A DNA stretch of 64,000 bases. Origin: Mytilus trossulus. Its lineage: Eukaryota. The notes beneath the pieces are model-generated. The model did no database searches and was not told where the DNA came from. It worked only from the letters and a program-made list of their open reading frames with translations. The DNA is taken from NCBI RefSeq assembly GCF_036588685.1, contig NC_086380.1, forward strand, positions 33,594,313 through 33,658,312. The letters run 5' to 3'. The translations under genes were made by a program, and so were the position numbers. How positions within the stretch are numbered: the stretch's first letter is position 1; every line of letters begins with the position of its first letter. This document shows, piece after piece, positions 1-11,860 of the stretch.

Positions 1-98
1 TTCATTGGAGAAGCTTATTTTTGTAATGAAATCTCTATTATCATAAACATTCTTTCTAAAATATTATTTTTAAGTCAACAGTTCTTTTATTTTATTAG

Positions 99-294
99 TG
101 AAGATCTAGCAAATTTGAGATACTTGACCTGTTTCTTAAAGGAAGTCATGAGATTACATTCGCCTGTATCCATTGTCAACAGAATGCTAGACCAACCTGT
201 TGTTACTGATGGTGTAGAGATACCTGCTGGGATATTAATAGATCTGGGTATTTACCATGCTCAAAATCATCCTGATGTCTGGCAAAATCCTACG
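99..294 (+). CDS. Cytochrome P450 (CYP4-like) penultimate-region exon. K-helix ...KEVMRLHSPV..., ends ...VWQNPT with donor gtaggt.
   Basis: Acceptor ttttattag at 90-98, donor gt at 295-296. Translation contains the ExxR-like K-helix and the W.NP motif preceding PERF. Phase is consistent with downstream exons. Confidence 0.7.
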
Positions 295-339
295 GTAGGT
301 CATATACATCATTGAGTTTTTTAAACTATTTTTTTTTCT

Positions 340-790
340 CTTTCAACCACCATATTGTCAACGACAATATGCTGCATCAAACAATAGACCACTTTCGAGT
401 TCATCCGTCACTGGAAAAAACTCGTCAATTATAAGCGCCTTTATGACGTCATTTACCAGATAGAGGGGGTCGCCTGTATCCCTGCACTATTTAGGTTCGT
501 CAAGCGTCTTAGTGATCGTCATTGTGCAGGATAAACTAGAAATAATGGTTTTTCTGTAGGTACTTAATGACAATTCCCTTTTGACAGCAATGATGGTTGT
601 CAATTTTGAGAATTCAATTTGCCAAATAATTCGTACAATATAGAATTATAGTTTTCCAACCACTCGCTCAACATTGGAATGGAAGTGACGATGCCCCTAA
701 ACGCACAAATGATGTTCACTAAAACCAGAGTTTTTGACGGAAATGCATCGAACTCGAAAGTTGTCTATTGTATCCTTGAATTTAATGAGA
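340..790. mobile_element. Interspersed SINE/MITE-like repeat (body part of the family also seen at 12350-12920) inside the P450 intron
   Basis: Long collinear similarity to 12440-12920 (…agaccactttcgagtt…caattatgcgc…tttaccagatagag…ctgcactat…caacattggaatggaagtgac…cagagtttttgacggaaat…cgaacttgaaagttgtctat). Confidence 0.6.
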
Positions 791-1028
791 CATCATAACT
801 TATTTGCAAATAGTAGCTGCAATTCATGTAGATAAAACATCTTATTTTCAACCTTTGCATGTAGTAATTATATTTATAGTACTAATCTCGTCCACATTTA
901 ATTCAAAGTATCAGATATCAAACTTGGTTTGATTTTAACCTTTGTGATAATTTTTTATGTGACAGTGATAGATCAGATATTGAAAAGAACAAAAGTCTTT
1001 ATTATGATCACTGCTTTTTCTTTTCCAG

Positions 1029-1111
1029 GAATTTAAACCAGAGAGATTTGAGGGAGACAAACATCATGAAATGGATCCATATAGCTTTACTCCATTTTCA
1101 GCTGGACCAAG
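1029..1111 (+). CDS. Cytochrome P450 exon encoding EFKPERFEGDKHHEMDPYSFTPFSAGP(R)
   Basis: Acceptor ttccag at 1023-1028, donor gtaatt at 1112. Carries the PERF motif and the start of the heme-binding loop FSAGPR. Confidence 0.75.
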
Positions 1112-2520
1112 GTAATTATTTCTCCATCCTTGATATGGGAGATAACGAGTTATTGTTAATAACTTTGTACCTTATCTAAAAACATTTTTGTATGGTAACA
1201 AGGAAAATATTTTTTTTATATATAAATTAATGAGATTTGAGGGAAACAAACAACATGAGATGGATCTGTATTCTAGTAGTTTGACCATATTTAATGAATC
1301 AGAACCAAGTAATTAATGATGTCACTCCCTTATCATTGAAAAACATCTCTTTTATAAATATCATGACAGGACACTTGAGCTATTACTCTATTTTTAGCTG
1401 ACTCAAGTTAATTAATTATTATCTCCCATATAAACAAAAATGGCTGAGATAAAGTTAATTTCACCTTGCTCTTTCGCCAATATTAATGATAGAAAAGAGA
1501 GGTAAACACTGGACATATTTGCCCTGAAATACTCAGGAAATTAAAAAAAGTTTATAATACCATTTTTTATCTTCAAAAACCATCATGAAAGTTTTCTCAC
1601 ACTTCAGTTGAAGTAAGTGAAATTTGAGTTATCTCCAATGTAAAGCAGAGATATTTGTGCAAGATAATCCTTATGAGACATCTCCTTATAGTTATGTTCC
1701 TATTTCTGTAGTTAAAAAGGTAAATATGAGTTAATTATCTAATAAACCAAAGAGATATTACGGGGCAACTTATGAGAAATATCCAATTATTTGATCAAAT
1801 ATTTTTAGAATTTTTTTTTTTTATTTATTTATCTCCCATATCAAGAATGGATATATTTATAGATTATCGTTGATTATCTCAACGAGATTGATTTTGTCGC
1901 TTGAGCTGGTACAGCGAAAGTGAGAAAAGCAATCGAGTTGAGATGACCAATGATAATCTGTTTATCGCTATTTTACCTGTGACGACGTTGTTAATTTCAA
2001 TGTCAATTTCGTTAACAACGCCACGTGGCTCCTTAGTTTCTAGCAATAATTTTTCCATATCAAGCGAGAAGCATGATATGAAAATTATCACAAAAAAAGA
2101 TCAAAGGAAAAATGCACAAAATAGCGATAATGAGTTTTACACCAGTTTTTTAATGGACCAAATTTGAAATTCAATTCATCATGCTATAATTTGCAGTGAA
2201 GACAAATTTGTAGGCAATACAATGATATTTTTTTTTAAATTTAGTCACACCATATAAAGTCACTAATGAAAATATCAACATAAAATGTACAACTGCAAAA
2301 CAAAAAAATACACACAATTTACCAGAGTGATATGTTCATCTTTTTTTTACTGTGATGTTATTTTTCACAAAACTGATAAATATTATATTGTGCACACATT
2401 CATCAGTACTCATCATGCATAGAATGTATGAGATATTTGCCACTGATAATTAAGCAAACAATAAATAAAACAATTCTTTTCTCATCAGCACTTCTTGATT
2501 AATTTGTATCGATATAGTTG

Positions 2521-2721
2521 TATTGTATGAGGGGGATAGGACCTTTATCTGGACTCCGGGATCAGGTGTTTATAAGCTCTGGATTTCAGGATTGACCCTT
2601 TCAGGATCCGGGAAGTCTTGTTTTTGGAATTTATTTTTAATAGATTACTTTATTTAAATTCGGGACTTCAGGATTTCGTGTTTCTAAGCCCGGGATTTCG
2701 GGATCAGGACCCCTCCTATAC
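2521..2721. mobile_element. Small MITE with ~15-bp TIRs GAGGGGGATAGGACC / GGACCCCTCCTATACCCCCTC and internal GGGAT(T/C)TCAGGAT subrepeats
   Basis: Terminal inverted repeats can be read directly. The element is ~200 bp and non-coding. Confidence 0.5.
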
Positions 2722-2767
2722 CCCCTCTTGTATATGACGATTTAATTAATGTAATTTTACATTGCAG

Positions 2768-2833
2768 AAACTGTATTGGAATGAACTTTGCACAGAATGA
2801 AGAAAAAGTGATGATTGCAAGAATAATCAAAAG
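2768..2833 (+). CDS. Cytochrome P450 exon encoding (R)NCIGMNFAQNEEKVMIARIIK(R)
   Basis: Acceptor attgcag, donor gtacga. Completes the heme-binding signature FSAGPRNCIG, which is typical of the CYP4 clan. Confidence 0.75.
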
Positions 2834-3625
2834 GTACGAGAACAGTATTTTAAAAGACAAATACAAACCTACCTCTTTCAAAAATCAAATAAAGTCAAAA
2901 GTTATTGAAGATATCCCAAAATATTGCAAAAGTAAAGAAGTTATTCAAACAGAATTGCTTTTAAATTTGAAATCATATTTTATTTTAGTGAGAAAACTGT
3001 ATTTCGGTATTTTAATGATTTTTGTTACTTTGTTTATGATAGAGATAAGAGCTTAGTTATGCTTTGAGTCAAAATAATTCATCATAGATACAAGGATTAA
3101 AGTTGTGTATGCCAATTAAAGTTCGAAGTTGAAATAATTGATAGGTTGCTTTAAGAATGTAAGGGGCAAATATGACATGTTAATTAAAAATAAGAATATT
3201 TGATGGATTATTATAAAAAAAAAATACAAAAATGTTACCCTTATAATAATGAAGCAGTTTTTTTTTTGCTGTTTTTTTCTTTAAAGTTGAATCAGGGTCT
3301 TCAGAGTAAGTAAGAGAATGTTTATAATAATCAGCTTCATTGACATTAAATTGTACCTTTTTTACATTATATAAAGTTTAATTGCCAAGAATAAAAGAGG
3401 GAAGAAAGATACCAAAGGGACAGTCACAACTCATAAATCTAAAACAAACTGACAACGCCATGACTAAAAATGAAAAAGACAAACAGAAAAACAATAGTAC
3501 ACATAACACAACATAGAAAACTAAAGAATAAAAAACACAAACCCCACCAAATAACAGCTGGAGATAAATTCTGTAAATTGTAATTTAAGATCATGAATTA
3601 TACATATGATTTTTGTTTTTAACAG

Positions 3626-3731
3626 ATTTGAAGTATCACTAGATCCAGATCATGTTGTTGAACCTTTCATGGAGGTTGTCTTGAGAGCAAAAACTGGTAT
3701 AATGGTGAACTTCAAAGAAAGAGACTTGTGA
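3626..3731 (+). CDS. Cytochrome P450 terminal exon (R)FEVSLDPDHVVEPFMEVVLRAKTGIMVNFKERDL*
   Basis: Acceptor ttttaacag, in-frame stop TGA at 3729-3731, AATAAA-like signals 3780-3800. The four exons together give 150 codons in a single consistent frame. Confidence 0.7.
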
Positions 3732-6048
3732 AAGACTTTTCTGGATTTTTATGAGTGCTATTTTGCTAAAACTGAATTTAAAAATAAAATAAAATTACCA
3801 CCCATTAAATATATTAAAACAAGAATCACAGTATCAAGGAGTGAAGAGAGATTATTGCCTAAAATTATTTCAATTTTTTTTTTTTTTAAATCCATCAACA
3901 AGGGAGATAACTCATGGAAAATAGTGTTTTTTATAAATTGATATAGCTTTTAGAACAGAAGATACCTTAAAAGGAGAGTATTTGTACATTTTTAAAGATA
4001 TTTATAATTTTTATTTTTGTTGTGTATATTCCCATCAAATTGTTGAGAAAGTTTTGAAATTATTTTTATGATAGTTTGATGCTTACCTGATACATGTATT
4101 ATACTGGTTATATGTTTATACTCCTTATGCTACAATTATCTCTATAAAATGTGTTATGTTGGAAGGGATTTGCTTTGTGAGTGGAATTAGTTGGGTATCA
4201 GTTGAGGAGTGTTTTCTCCTGTTCAACAAACCCTAAAAAAATTGTAAGATTTAACATAAATGAAAGTATCAAATCCATTTTTTGGAAAAATCAACATATT
4301 TCATAAATATCTCATTTTATTGATGTGTAAAGCAGAATATTACATGTTTTACAGCAATAATAATTAATGTTTTTACTTTTCAATGCAAGGTTCCTTATGA
4401 TTTTTTTGTCAATTTTTTTAATTTATATTCTTATGAATGGACTTTTTTTTTATGTCACAGTCAATGCAAGTAATATTTTTATCTTATCAATTTTATTTCA
4501 ATATTTAAAATGTTTATTGTTTTTATACATGTATATTTGTTTTTGAATGTTTTATTCTGAGATTTAATTGTTACTGAGACTACTAGTTGTTGTTGCCTCT
4601 GTTTGATGTAGTGTTTTATAAATTATATATTGTAAGTATGAATGTCAGATTCTTTGTTAGTTTATACATTCTGGTTAAGGTGGTACCTAACACTACAGGG
4701 AGATAACTCTGTAAAATCAGCTAAACGTTTTAATGACGTTGTGTTGTTAAGGGAATATTAAGCTTCTCAATGATCAAAATTAGTGCTTGTCAAACTGCTA
4801 TATAACCAGTGTAATTTTTCTGATAAAATGGTTGGTTCAAAATTTTTAAAATTTTTATATTTTTGTTAAAGGGTCAAAGTAAATACGTAGTCAAAATTTT
4901 ATGAAAATTAAACGAGCCAAATTAATTTTAGTGAAAGTGTTGGGTACCACCTTAATGTTGTTGTGATACAGTCATGTCGACCTAATTTAAAGTTGATTTA
5001 TATTTTTTTTTAGGACATTTTTTTGTGAAGTAACAGTATATTATACAATATACGAAATATATGATTTGATTTCAATATCATAGTTAAATAATAAAAGATC
5101 TGAGAAACATAAATGTGAAGTTCTTTTCATATGAAAATTCAACATCATTAAAAAGGATACTTTTTTTTACATATTTATTTTATTTTTTTAGTTTATAGTT
5201 TAGAGAAAACTGCTATTGTCAAAATTACTAAAATAATAAAATGCATGAAAATAATAAAAGAGTAAAATTCTTATGCAGTTGTTATTGTTTAAAGGATTTT
5301 TAATTTTGTTGAATATTGTAACATTATGTAAGTTTGAGAGAAAATGATAAAATTTGTAAAAGTTATCATTGTCATTTCAAAGCTTATTCTGATATCCTTA
5401 GATATCTACTTTCTTGTATCCATGATCATGCAGGATTTGATGTTTAGAGTCAGATTCATGGTTCTCGCTGCAGAATTTATGTGCAACTTTTTCAGAGCTG
5501 CATGAATATAATATATAGATACAAGAAGATGTGGTATGAGTGTCAATGAGATCTAGACAACTCTCTATCCAAGTCCCAATTTATGAAAGTAAACCATTAT
5601 AGGTCAAAGTATGGTCTTCAACATAAAGCTTAGCTAGCACTGAAAAGCAAGCTATAAAGGGCACCAAAATAACTACATTGTGTATTGTAAATCATTCAAA
5701 CTGGAAAACCATCTGTCCAATCTTTAAAAAAAAAATTAAGAAAAACTTATAAATAAAACAAATGACAACTACTAAACATCTGATTCCTGATTGTTTACAA
5801 ACTTTTGCCATTAAGTTTGTTCTAGTTTTTAAAAGGTATGGTTTGTAATTCTGTGTTTAATGCTTCTTCTTGTGTTATTCCTCTTCTAATACAGTGTAAT
5901 GGAAATAATAGTATTGTTGATCTTCGAAGATTTGTCTGATACCAACATTGCAATGTCAATAAGAAATATTAAGAATAAAATAACGAAGAAGCAAAAGCCC
6001 AGAAAATTTAGACCTAAGAGAAAGACTATCACTTATTCTCAGTCATCA

Positions 6049-6213
6049 GTGGTGGATCCAGGGGGGTGGGTTCCGGAAGTTGGAATCCCCCCTTTTTTTT
6101 GGACGATCAATGCATTTAAATGGGAGCATATAGTTGGAACCCCCCTTTACTCTGGGTTGGGACACCCCCACCCCCCTTCCCCTTTTTTAAATGGCTGGAT
6201 CCGCCACTGGTCA
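6049..6213. mobile_element. MITE family with TIR CAGTGG(T/C)GGATCC, G/C-homopolymer rich, copy 1
   Basis: cagtggtggatccagggg at 6049 and ggatccgccactgg at 6200. Related copies occur at ~13775-13925 and ~57455-57625, sharing the internal atgcatt(g/t)a core. Confidence 0.55.
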
Positions 6214-6707
6214 TTGATAATGTTTTGTTGTGTCTGAGGTGATATTATCTTTAAACCATGGTGTCTGAAATTTTCATATTTTGCATTTTTTCCCCTGTGA
6301 TTCTTTCTTTGTACCTGTTAATAGATCTAATGGATAAAAATCAGTAAAAAAAGTCAAGAAAAAAGTTGTTTTTATGCTGTCTGTGCCAGGATTAGCTTTG
6401 TAGCAAATAAGTTTTCCCTCTGTCATCCCTTTATTCAGAAAGACCAAAGGAAAACAAGGTTCCAACAGAGCTTCAATAAGTTATAATTTACACCAAAAAT
6501 CAAAACTAGAAAATCGAAACCAGCAGCTGTATTGTGTTTGATATTTAAAAGTTAAAGAATGGCATTTTATTATTTTATATGAAAACATAAACATCAACTC
6601 AAAATATCACAAAAGATCACTCAGTCTAAATCACATTGCAATTTTCAACATTAACAATAAATTTCATTGCATTTGCAACATATAAATTAAGTCATGAAGA
6701 AAATCTT

Positions 6708-7514
6708 TTAAAATCTTCTTTTTTTGCTTGACGTAAAGGTCATTCTGTTTCCACTAGGTGGGGCAGTTACTCTTTCTTCAAGTTCTGATACTTGCTCTCT
6801 CAATAGACGAACCTCTCTTTCATACTCATTTTTCATGTGTTGTAATTTCATTCGAAATATTTCCTGATTTGTTGATGAACCATGTGCTGTTGTACTTGGT
6901 ATTTTTTGCCGTAGTTTTGCCAATTTACTTTCATATTCCATCGATACTCTAACAATCTCAGCTTCAGATTCCCTATTAGATGCTTGTAATTTTTCTTTCA
7001 GTTCTTCTACTTCTAAACTCTTTTTTCTTAAGAAAATTTCGTAACTCTCTTTCTCATTTTCTAATAAAATTTTCATTGAATTTCTAACATCTTCTTTCTG
7101 TTTTTCATTGTCAATCTCTATTTCTTCTAAAATTCTTTTATGTTGTCTTTCTTTCTCATTCATCTTTAAATTTGAATCTTCAATATCTGCTTTTAGCCTC
7201 TCTAAATTAACTTTAATTTCCCTGTTTTCTTCCTCAACGTCACAAATTCTATGTAAACTTTTATGTGTAGAATCGAGGACAGTTTGTAAATGGTCAATTT
7301 GATTCTCGAGCTCTTCATTTTTTGACGCAAGTTTTTGTTTATCATGAGAAAGTGCATTGACATCCTCCACTAGTTTTGACTTTTCCTTCATTAAACTTTC
7401 AGTAAAATTTTGCCAGTGATCAAAAGATTTCTGAAATTCATCTAAATCATTACTACTGGCAATTTTTCTTTTCACTGGCCCTGTCCAAGGTTCAGCTGGT
7501 TGTATTTTTTCCAT
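6708..7514 (-). CDS. Coiled-coil protein of unknown function (268 aa from MEKIQPAEPWTGPVKRK… to …SSKKRRF*). Single coding exon, with a probable upstream 5'UTR intron.
   Basis: Long uninterrupted ORF (293 codons in the ORF track) with heptad-like E/K/L-rich sequence throughout. On the coding strand a ttttttttttctcag acceptor lies immediately 5' of the ATAAAATGG start context. Stop is at 6708. Confidence 0.45.
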   Translation of the reverse strand: MEKIQPAEPWTGPVKRKIASSNDLDEFQKSFDHWQNFTESLMKEKSKLVEDVNALSHDKQKLASKNEELENQIDHLQTVLDSTHKSLHRICDVEEENREIKVNLERLKADIEDSNLKMNEKERQHKRILEEIEIDNEKQKEDVRNSMKILLENEKESYEIFLRKKSLEVEELKEKLQASNRESEAEIVRVSMEYESKLAKLRQKIPSTTAHGSSTNQEIFRMKLQHMKNEYEREVRLLREQVSELEERVTAPPSGNRMTFTSSKKRRF

Positions 7515-8104
7515 TTTATCTGAGAAAAAAAAATGAAATTCTAATTGCCAGCTCATAAAAATGAAAGAATGAAGATATAATAGAGACATTCTAACTCATC
7601 AGTCATGAATATAAATAATTTACTGACAACATCATGGCAAAAAAGACCAAAAGACATTTCACAAAACACAACATAGAAATGTTAGGACAGCAACCCAACC
7701 CCACCAAACGATATAAACATGATTATGTTCATGTAAAACTGTTGTCCTCTAATTCTTAAACAAATTTTCATTTTCCTGACATGTTAATTATTTTTATTCA
7801 ATCAACGATTGATTTGTTAGATCTCAGAACCTGGTCAAAATTTGATTATGACTTCAAATTTGCTTACTTTTCTCTCAACTTACTATTGAAAGTGAGACGT
7901 CATGAAAAAAGGCGACCATGTCTAATGACCTCACATACAAAATGTAGAAAGAACACATATTTTTGCAGATCAATCAAATCAAAGGACTGAGTTTGTTTAA
8001 TGTCTGCATATTGTTTAAAATTCATCAGAGAAACAGATTCCACCATCACAACATTTGCAATACAATACTAATCAACTCTCAACAGATAAATCTAAATATT
8101 TAAA

Positions 8105-8900
8105 AATAAGTCTAAAGAACCTGTGTTGCTCACATTAATCTTCAACTATGACCACTTAATAGTAAAAGTCATCATTAAATGACAATAATTCTATCAAGAA
8201 TTGACTAGCAATTACAGTCATGTTGACAAATATTTGATGATCTTATTCGCAAAATATTGGTAAAAAAAATCTTCAATAAAGGGCAATAACTCTAAATGAG
8301 GAGTCAACAGAAGATTTCAATTACTTTTTTTATAACTTTTTTGTAGATCTTGTTTTGTTTATCAATTTTGCTATTAAAATTTCTGTCATTAATTGCATGA
8401 GTTAGTCCCCTTTCATGACAATGTTAACTATTTATTTTCCAAGTTGCCCATTATTTGATAAATAGCAAAAACTATCAAGGAAATATCTGCAAGTAGTTCA
8501 GCAAAGAGCCTGTGTAGGTCACCTGTATAGATCTTCAACAATGACCACATTATAGTAAAAGTCATCAATAAAGGGGAATTACTATATTAAGAACTATTAA
8601 AAGTTCTAACAATTTCAGTCATGTTGACATATATACTTGTATTTTAAGATCTCATCTGCAACATATTGGTAAAAAATACATTTTAGGGCAATAACTCTAA
8701 TGAGGAGTCAATAAATAGGCAATTTCAGAAGATTTATTGACCACTTGACTTCTTTGCAGAACTTGTCTTACTAAATACCATTTTTGCTATTTAAATTTTC
8801 TGCCTTTTAAATGTTTTGTATGAGTAAGTCCCCGTACATGACAAATCAATGCAAAAATGGTCAAGAAAATATCTGCAAATAGGTCAGCTTATATTTTTTA
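8105..8900. repeat. ~410-bp tandem repeat, ~2 copies (…tcttcaac(t/a)atgaccac(t/a)t(a)atagtaaaagtcatca…gggcaataactctaa(a)tgaggagtcaa…)
   Basis: Units 8110-8330 and 8510-8740 align visually at ~80% identity. Confidence 0.5.
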
Positions 8901-9179
8901 TAGGTAAATTTGTCCTAAAAAAGTGGTTCTTTCAATTGATTGTAAATACGTACTGTAAATTCAGATACTATTGTGATGCTTTTATCATTGGGAAAATGAT
9001 ACAGGGTTATAATCGCAATAATTTATACTCACATTTTGAAATGTTTTATTTAAATCAGACCAGATTTTTCTCAATACCACAAATATCAAATTTGTATTAT
9101 AATTCTAAAATGTCAGCGTCATCAGAAGACAGATGGTTAAACCATCATGGTTTCCTGATAATAACTTTAGTATAAGTAA

Positions 9180-10245
9180 ATAGAAATCAATAAAACTTTA
9201 ACACAATGTTTATACTTTATAACCACTAAGAGGAAGGTTGGAATTGATTTTGGGGGTTATGGTCCTAAAGGTTCAGGAATTATAGGCCCAAAGGGACCCA
9301 AAACAAGCATGTATCTAGTTTCTGGACAATGAGTTGTGTATAAGTATTTCAATTGCTCTGAAATTGTACCACAATGTTAAATACCATAAGTACATGTAGA
9401 AGGTTTGGATTTATTTTAAGGTTTATGGGGCAAACAGTCTAGGCAAAAACTTACAAAGGGGCAAACAACAACCATTTTTCTAATTTCAGGACAATAACTT
9501 TTGTGAAACTGTATGGATGATATCTCTATTATAAAGGGAAGGCTGAGATTGATTTTTGGGTTAATTTCCCCAAACATGTAGGAATAAGGGGTCAAAAAGG
9601 TCCAAAAAGAAGCATTTTTTTTAGTTTACAGACAATAAATTTTATGTTTAGGTTTACAAATGTCTCTGAAATTATACCACATGTAATTAAGTTTCCATAC
9701 TACAAAGGGATTGGTATAGGGGTTATGGCTCAAATTATTTAGCAAATAGGGGCAAAAAAGGGGGGAAAATAATTTAAACAATTTAAAAGCAGTGTATTAA
9801 GGGAGGTAATCCAATTCCATTTAAAGAATATATATGTTTGATTACCTCCCTTACACTGATTGAAAATTATGTATGAAGAATTGATGATTGTCTTGAGATT
9901 ATTATATTACTGTAGAAGTTACTATTAATTAACATTAATGTTAACCATGACTTATCTTTATATTCTAATAGTTGATTATGTATTTAAATAAGTAGTTATT
10001 GTTGCAAACTCCATTAGAAATTTGAATTGAGATTATTTTTAGAATATGGAAAAGGGGGAGGTGAAAAAAGAGGGGGGATTGGGTACAATTTTTAGGGGAT
10101 TTTAATATTCAGAAGCATATATAGTGAATTGCTTATTGGCAAAAACAAATCTTTTTAGTTCATTAGACCACATTCATTCTGTGTCAGAAACCTCGATCTG
10201 TGGTCCTTTAGTATAAAGCTGCGTCTTGCGGAGCATCAGGTTTCC
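9180..10245. repeat. Degenerate fragment of the composite satellite-bearing element (see 26371-28250), ending in a copy of the element terminus …tataaagctgcgtcttgcggagcatc
   Basis: Subrepeats agtataagtaaatagaaatcaataaaacttt…ggaaggttgg(a/t)attgattttggg… resemble units at 26500-26950. The terminus motif at 10211-10240 matches 39001-39030 and 28210-28250. Confidence 0.45.
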
Positions 10246-10467
10246 TATTTTATAAAAATATACATGATACAACAAATGGAAGTTTTTAACGACCTTGACT
10301 GGCTATACAGCCCTTGCACTGCCAGTAATACTCACAGTGGGTTGTTTAGTGGATCAGACTAGGTTTTAATGTCAATGGCAGTACCAACCCCATTTAAAAG
10401 ACCAACTAAACAAGCCCCTGTGCTTTGCACCTTTAGTCTTTTAGTTTTACTTTTCAGTTTTAGCCTT

Positions 10468-10829
10468 CACAGGTATTTGGGGAATGGACCCCCCTTTTTT
10501 TTTGGACCTCACTAAAATAAAATTTTGGCGTTTTTTTATTCATTTACAATTTTCTACAATGTATAAACATATATCAAGTCTCAACAATCCATTGCTAGTC
10601 GATTACAATATTTTTTTTACTATCCATACGAGCCCCAAGTGAAAAAAGTCTTTTTTCACTTGGGGCTCGTATGGATAGTAAAAAAAATATTGTAATCGAC
10701 TAGCAATGGATTGTTGAGACTTGATATATGTTTATACATTGTAGAAAATTGTAAACGAATAAAAAAACGCCAAAATTTTATTTTAGTGAGGTCCAAAAAA
10801 AAGGGGGGTCCATTCCCCAAATACCTGTG
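10468..10829. repeat. Near-perfect 362-bp palindrome (foldback element). Arms of ~180 bp, centred at ~10648.
   Basis: The left arm cacaggtatttggggaatggacccccc…ccccaagtgaaaaaag is the reverse complement of the right arm, with about 2 differences (T9 vs T8, attcatttac vs attcgtttac). Confidence 0.85.
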
Positions 10830-11669
10830 TTAGCCTTGACACAAAATTGTGTTTTTCCAGGAATATAAATTTAGATATTGGAATATTTTTGTATAACCTG
10901 TAGCTTGAAAAACGCCTGGTTACCCATGTTTAAAGCCATGATATAAAATCCATTTTTGCAAATAATTATAAACTAGAACTGTGAATTTAAAAATTAAAAT
11001 CTTGCCCCTCCCCCTTATAATTGTTTTTTTTGTGTTTTTTTATCTAAAATTCTTGCATGATCGTTAGAAACATGGGAAATGGATTTACCGATCATTAATT
11101 ATGGCAACACTTGATAATCTTGGTTCTTTTAGTTCATTGACAGTGATGTCTTCTTCTCAGTTGTGTAAGACATGAATGCAGACGATTTTTCTGAGCAGAC
11201 ATAAAATACAATCTTCAACTTCAAGTGCTATTTTTATATTATTTAAAGCTCTTGGATAACCATGAATCGGGATTTCCCCTGTGTTGTAATTTCTAAAAAT
11301 AACTTCTTGATGCATTGATTGGTCAAGTTCAACCACGCCTACATTGCGGTAAAACCGGAAACTTGTGAAAATAGTGTTAACCGGACTTGACTGGTCAGAA
11401 CAAAGTCAAGAAAGTTCAACCTCGACAAGGTAAACAGTTAAGTAAACGTTTGAAGAAGTTATTACCAATGTCTTGAATGTCTGACATAATGTCATAGCAT
11501 ATGATTCCAGCAAAATGAAACCGAAAGTAACAGGGCACTTGCTAAAGTTGTAGGTTTTCCTAAAACTTTGTGTCGCAGTATCATTTTTCATGCAATTTTA
11601 CTATATATACATGTACATGGTATGTCAGATAAAATGCTTTCGTACTATATGCATATTTTTTTTTAATAT

Positions 11670-11860
11670 AGGAAGATGTGATACATGTGAGTGTCAATGA
11701 GAGATCATGAGACAACTCTCCATCCAAATAACAATTTAAAAAAGTAAACCAGTAAAGGTCAATGCAAGGCCTTTAACACAGAGCCTTGGCTTACATTGAA
11801 AAAAACAGACCACTATCGACTGTATCCCTGCACTATCAACACAGAGCCTTGGCTCACATG
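11670..11860. mobile_element. SINE-like family head copy (…gtgtcaatgagagatcatgagacaactctccatccaaat…)
   Basis: Shares a ~150-bp head with 12355-12500, 5521-5660, 25841-25990, 33361-33500, 46181-46320 and 49981-50060. Confidence 0.55.

Noticed and set aside
5899-6237. ORFs inside the MITE copies (5899-6237 +, 13846-14031 +, 57425-57670 +, 57373-57588 -)
   Set aside because: These are proline- or glycine-rich translations of G/C homopolymer runs within non-autonomous elements. They are not conserved between copies.
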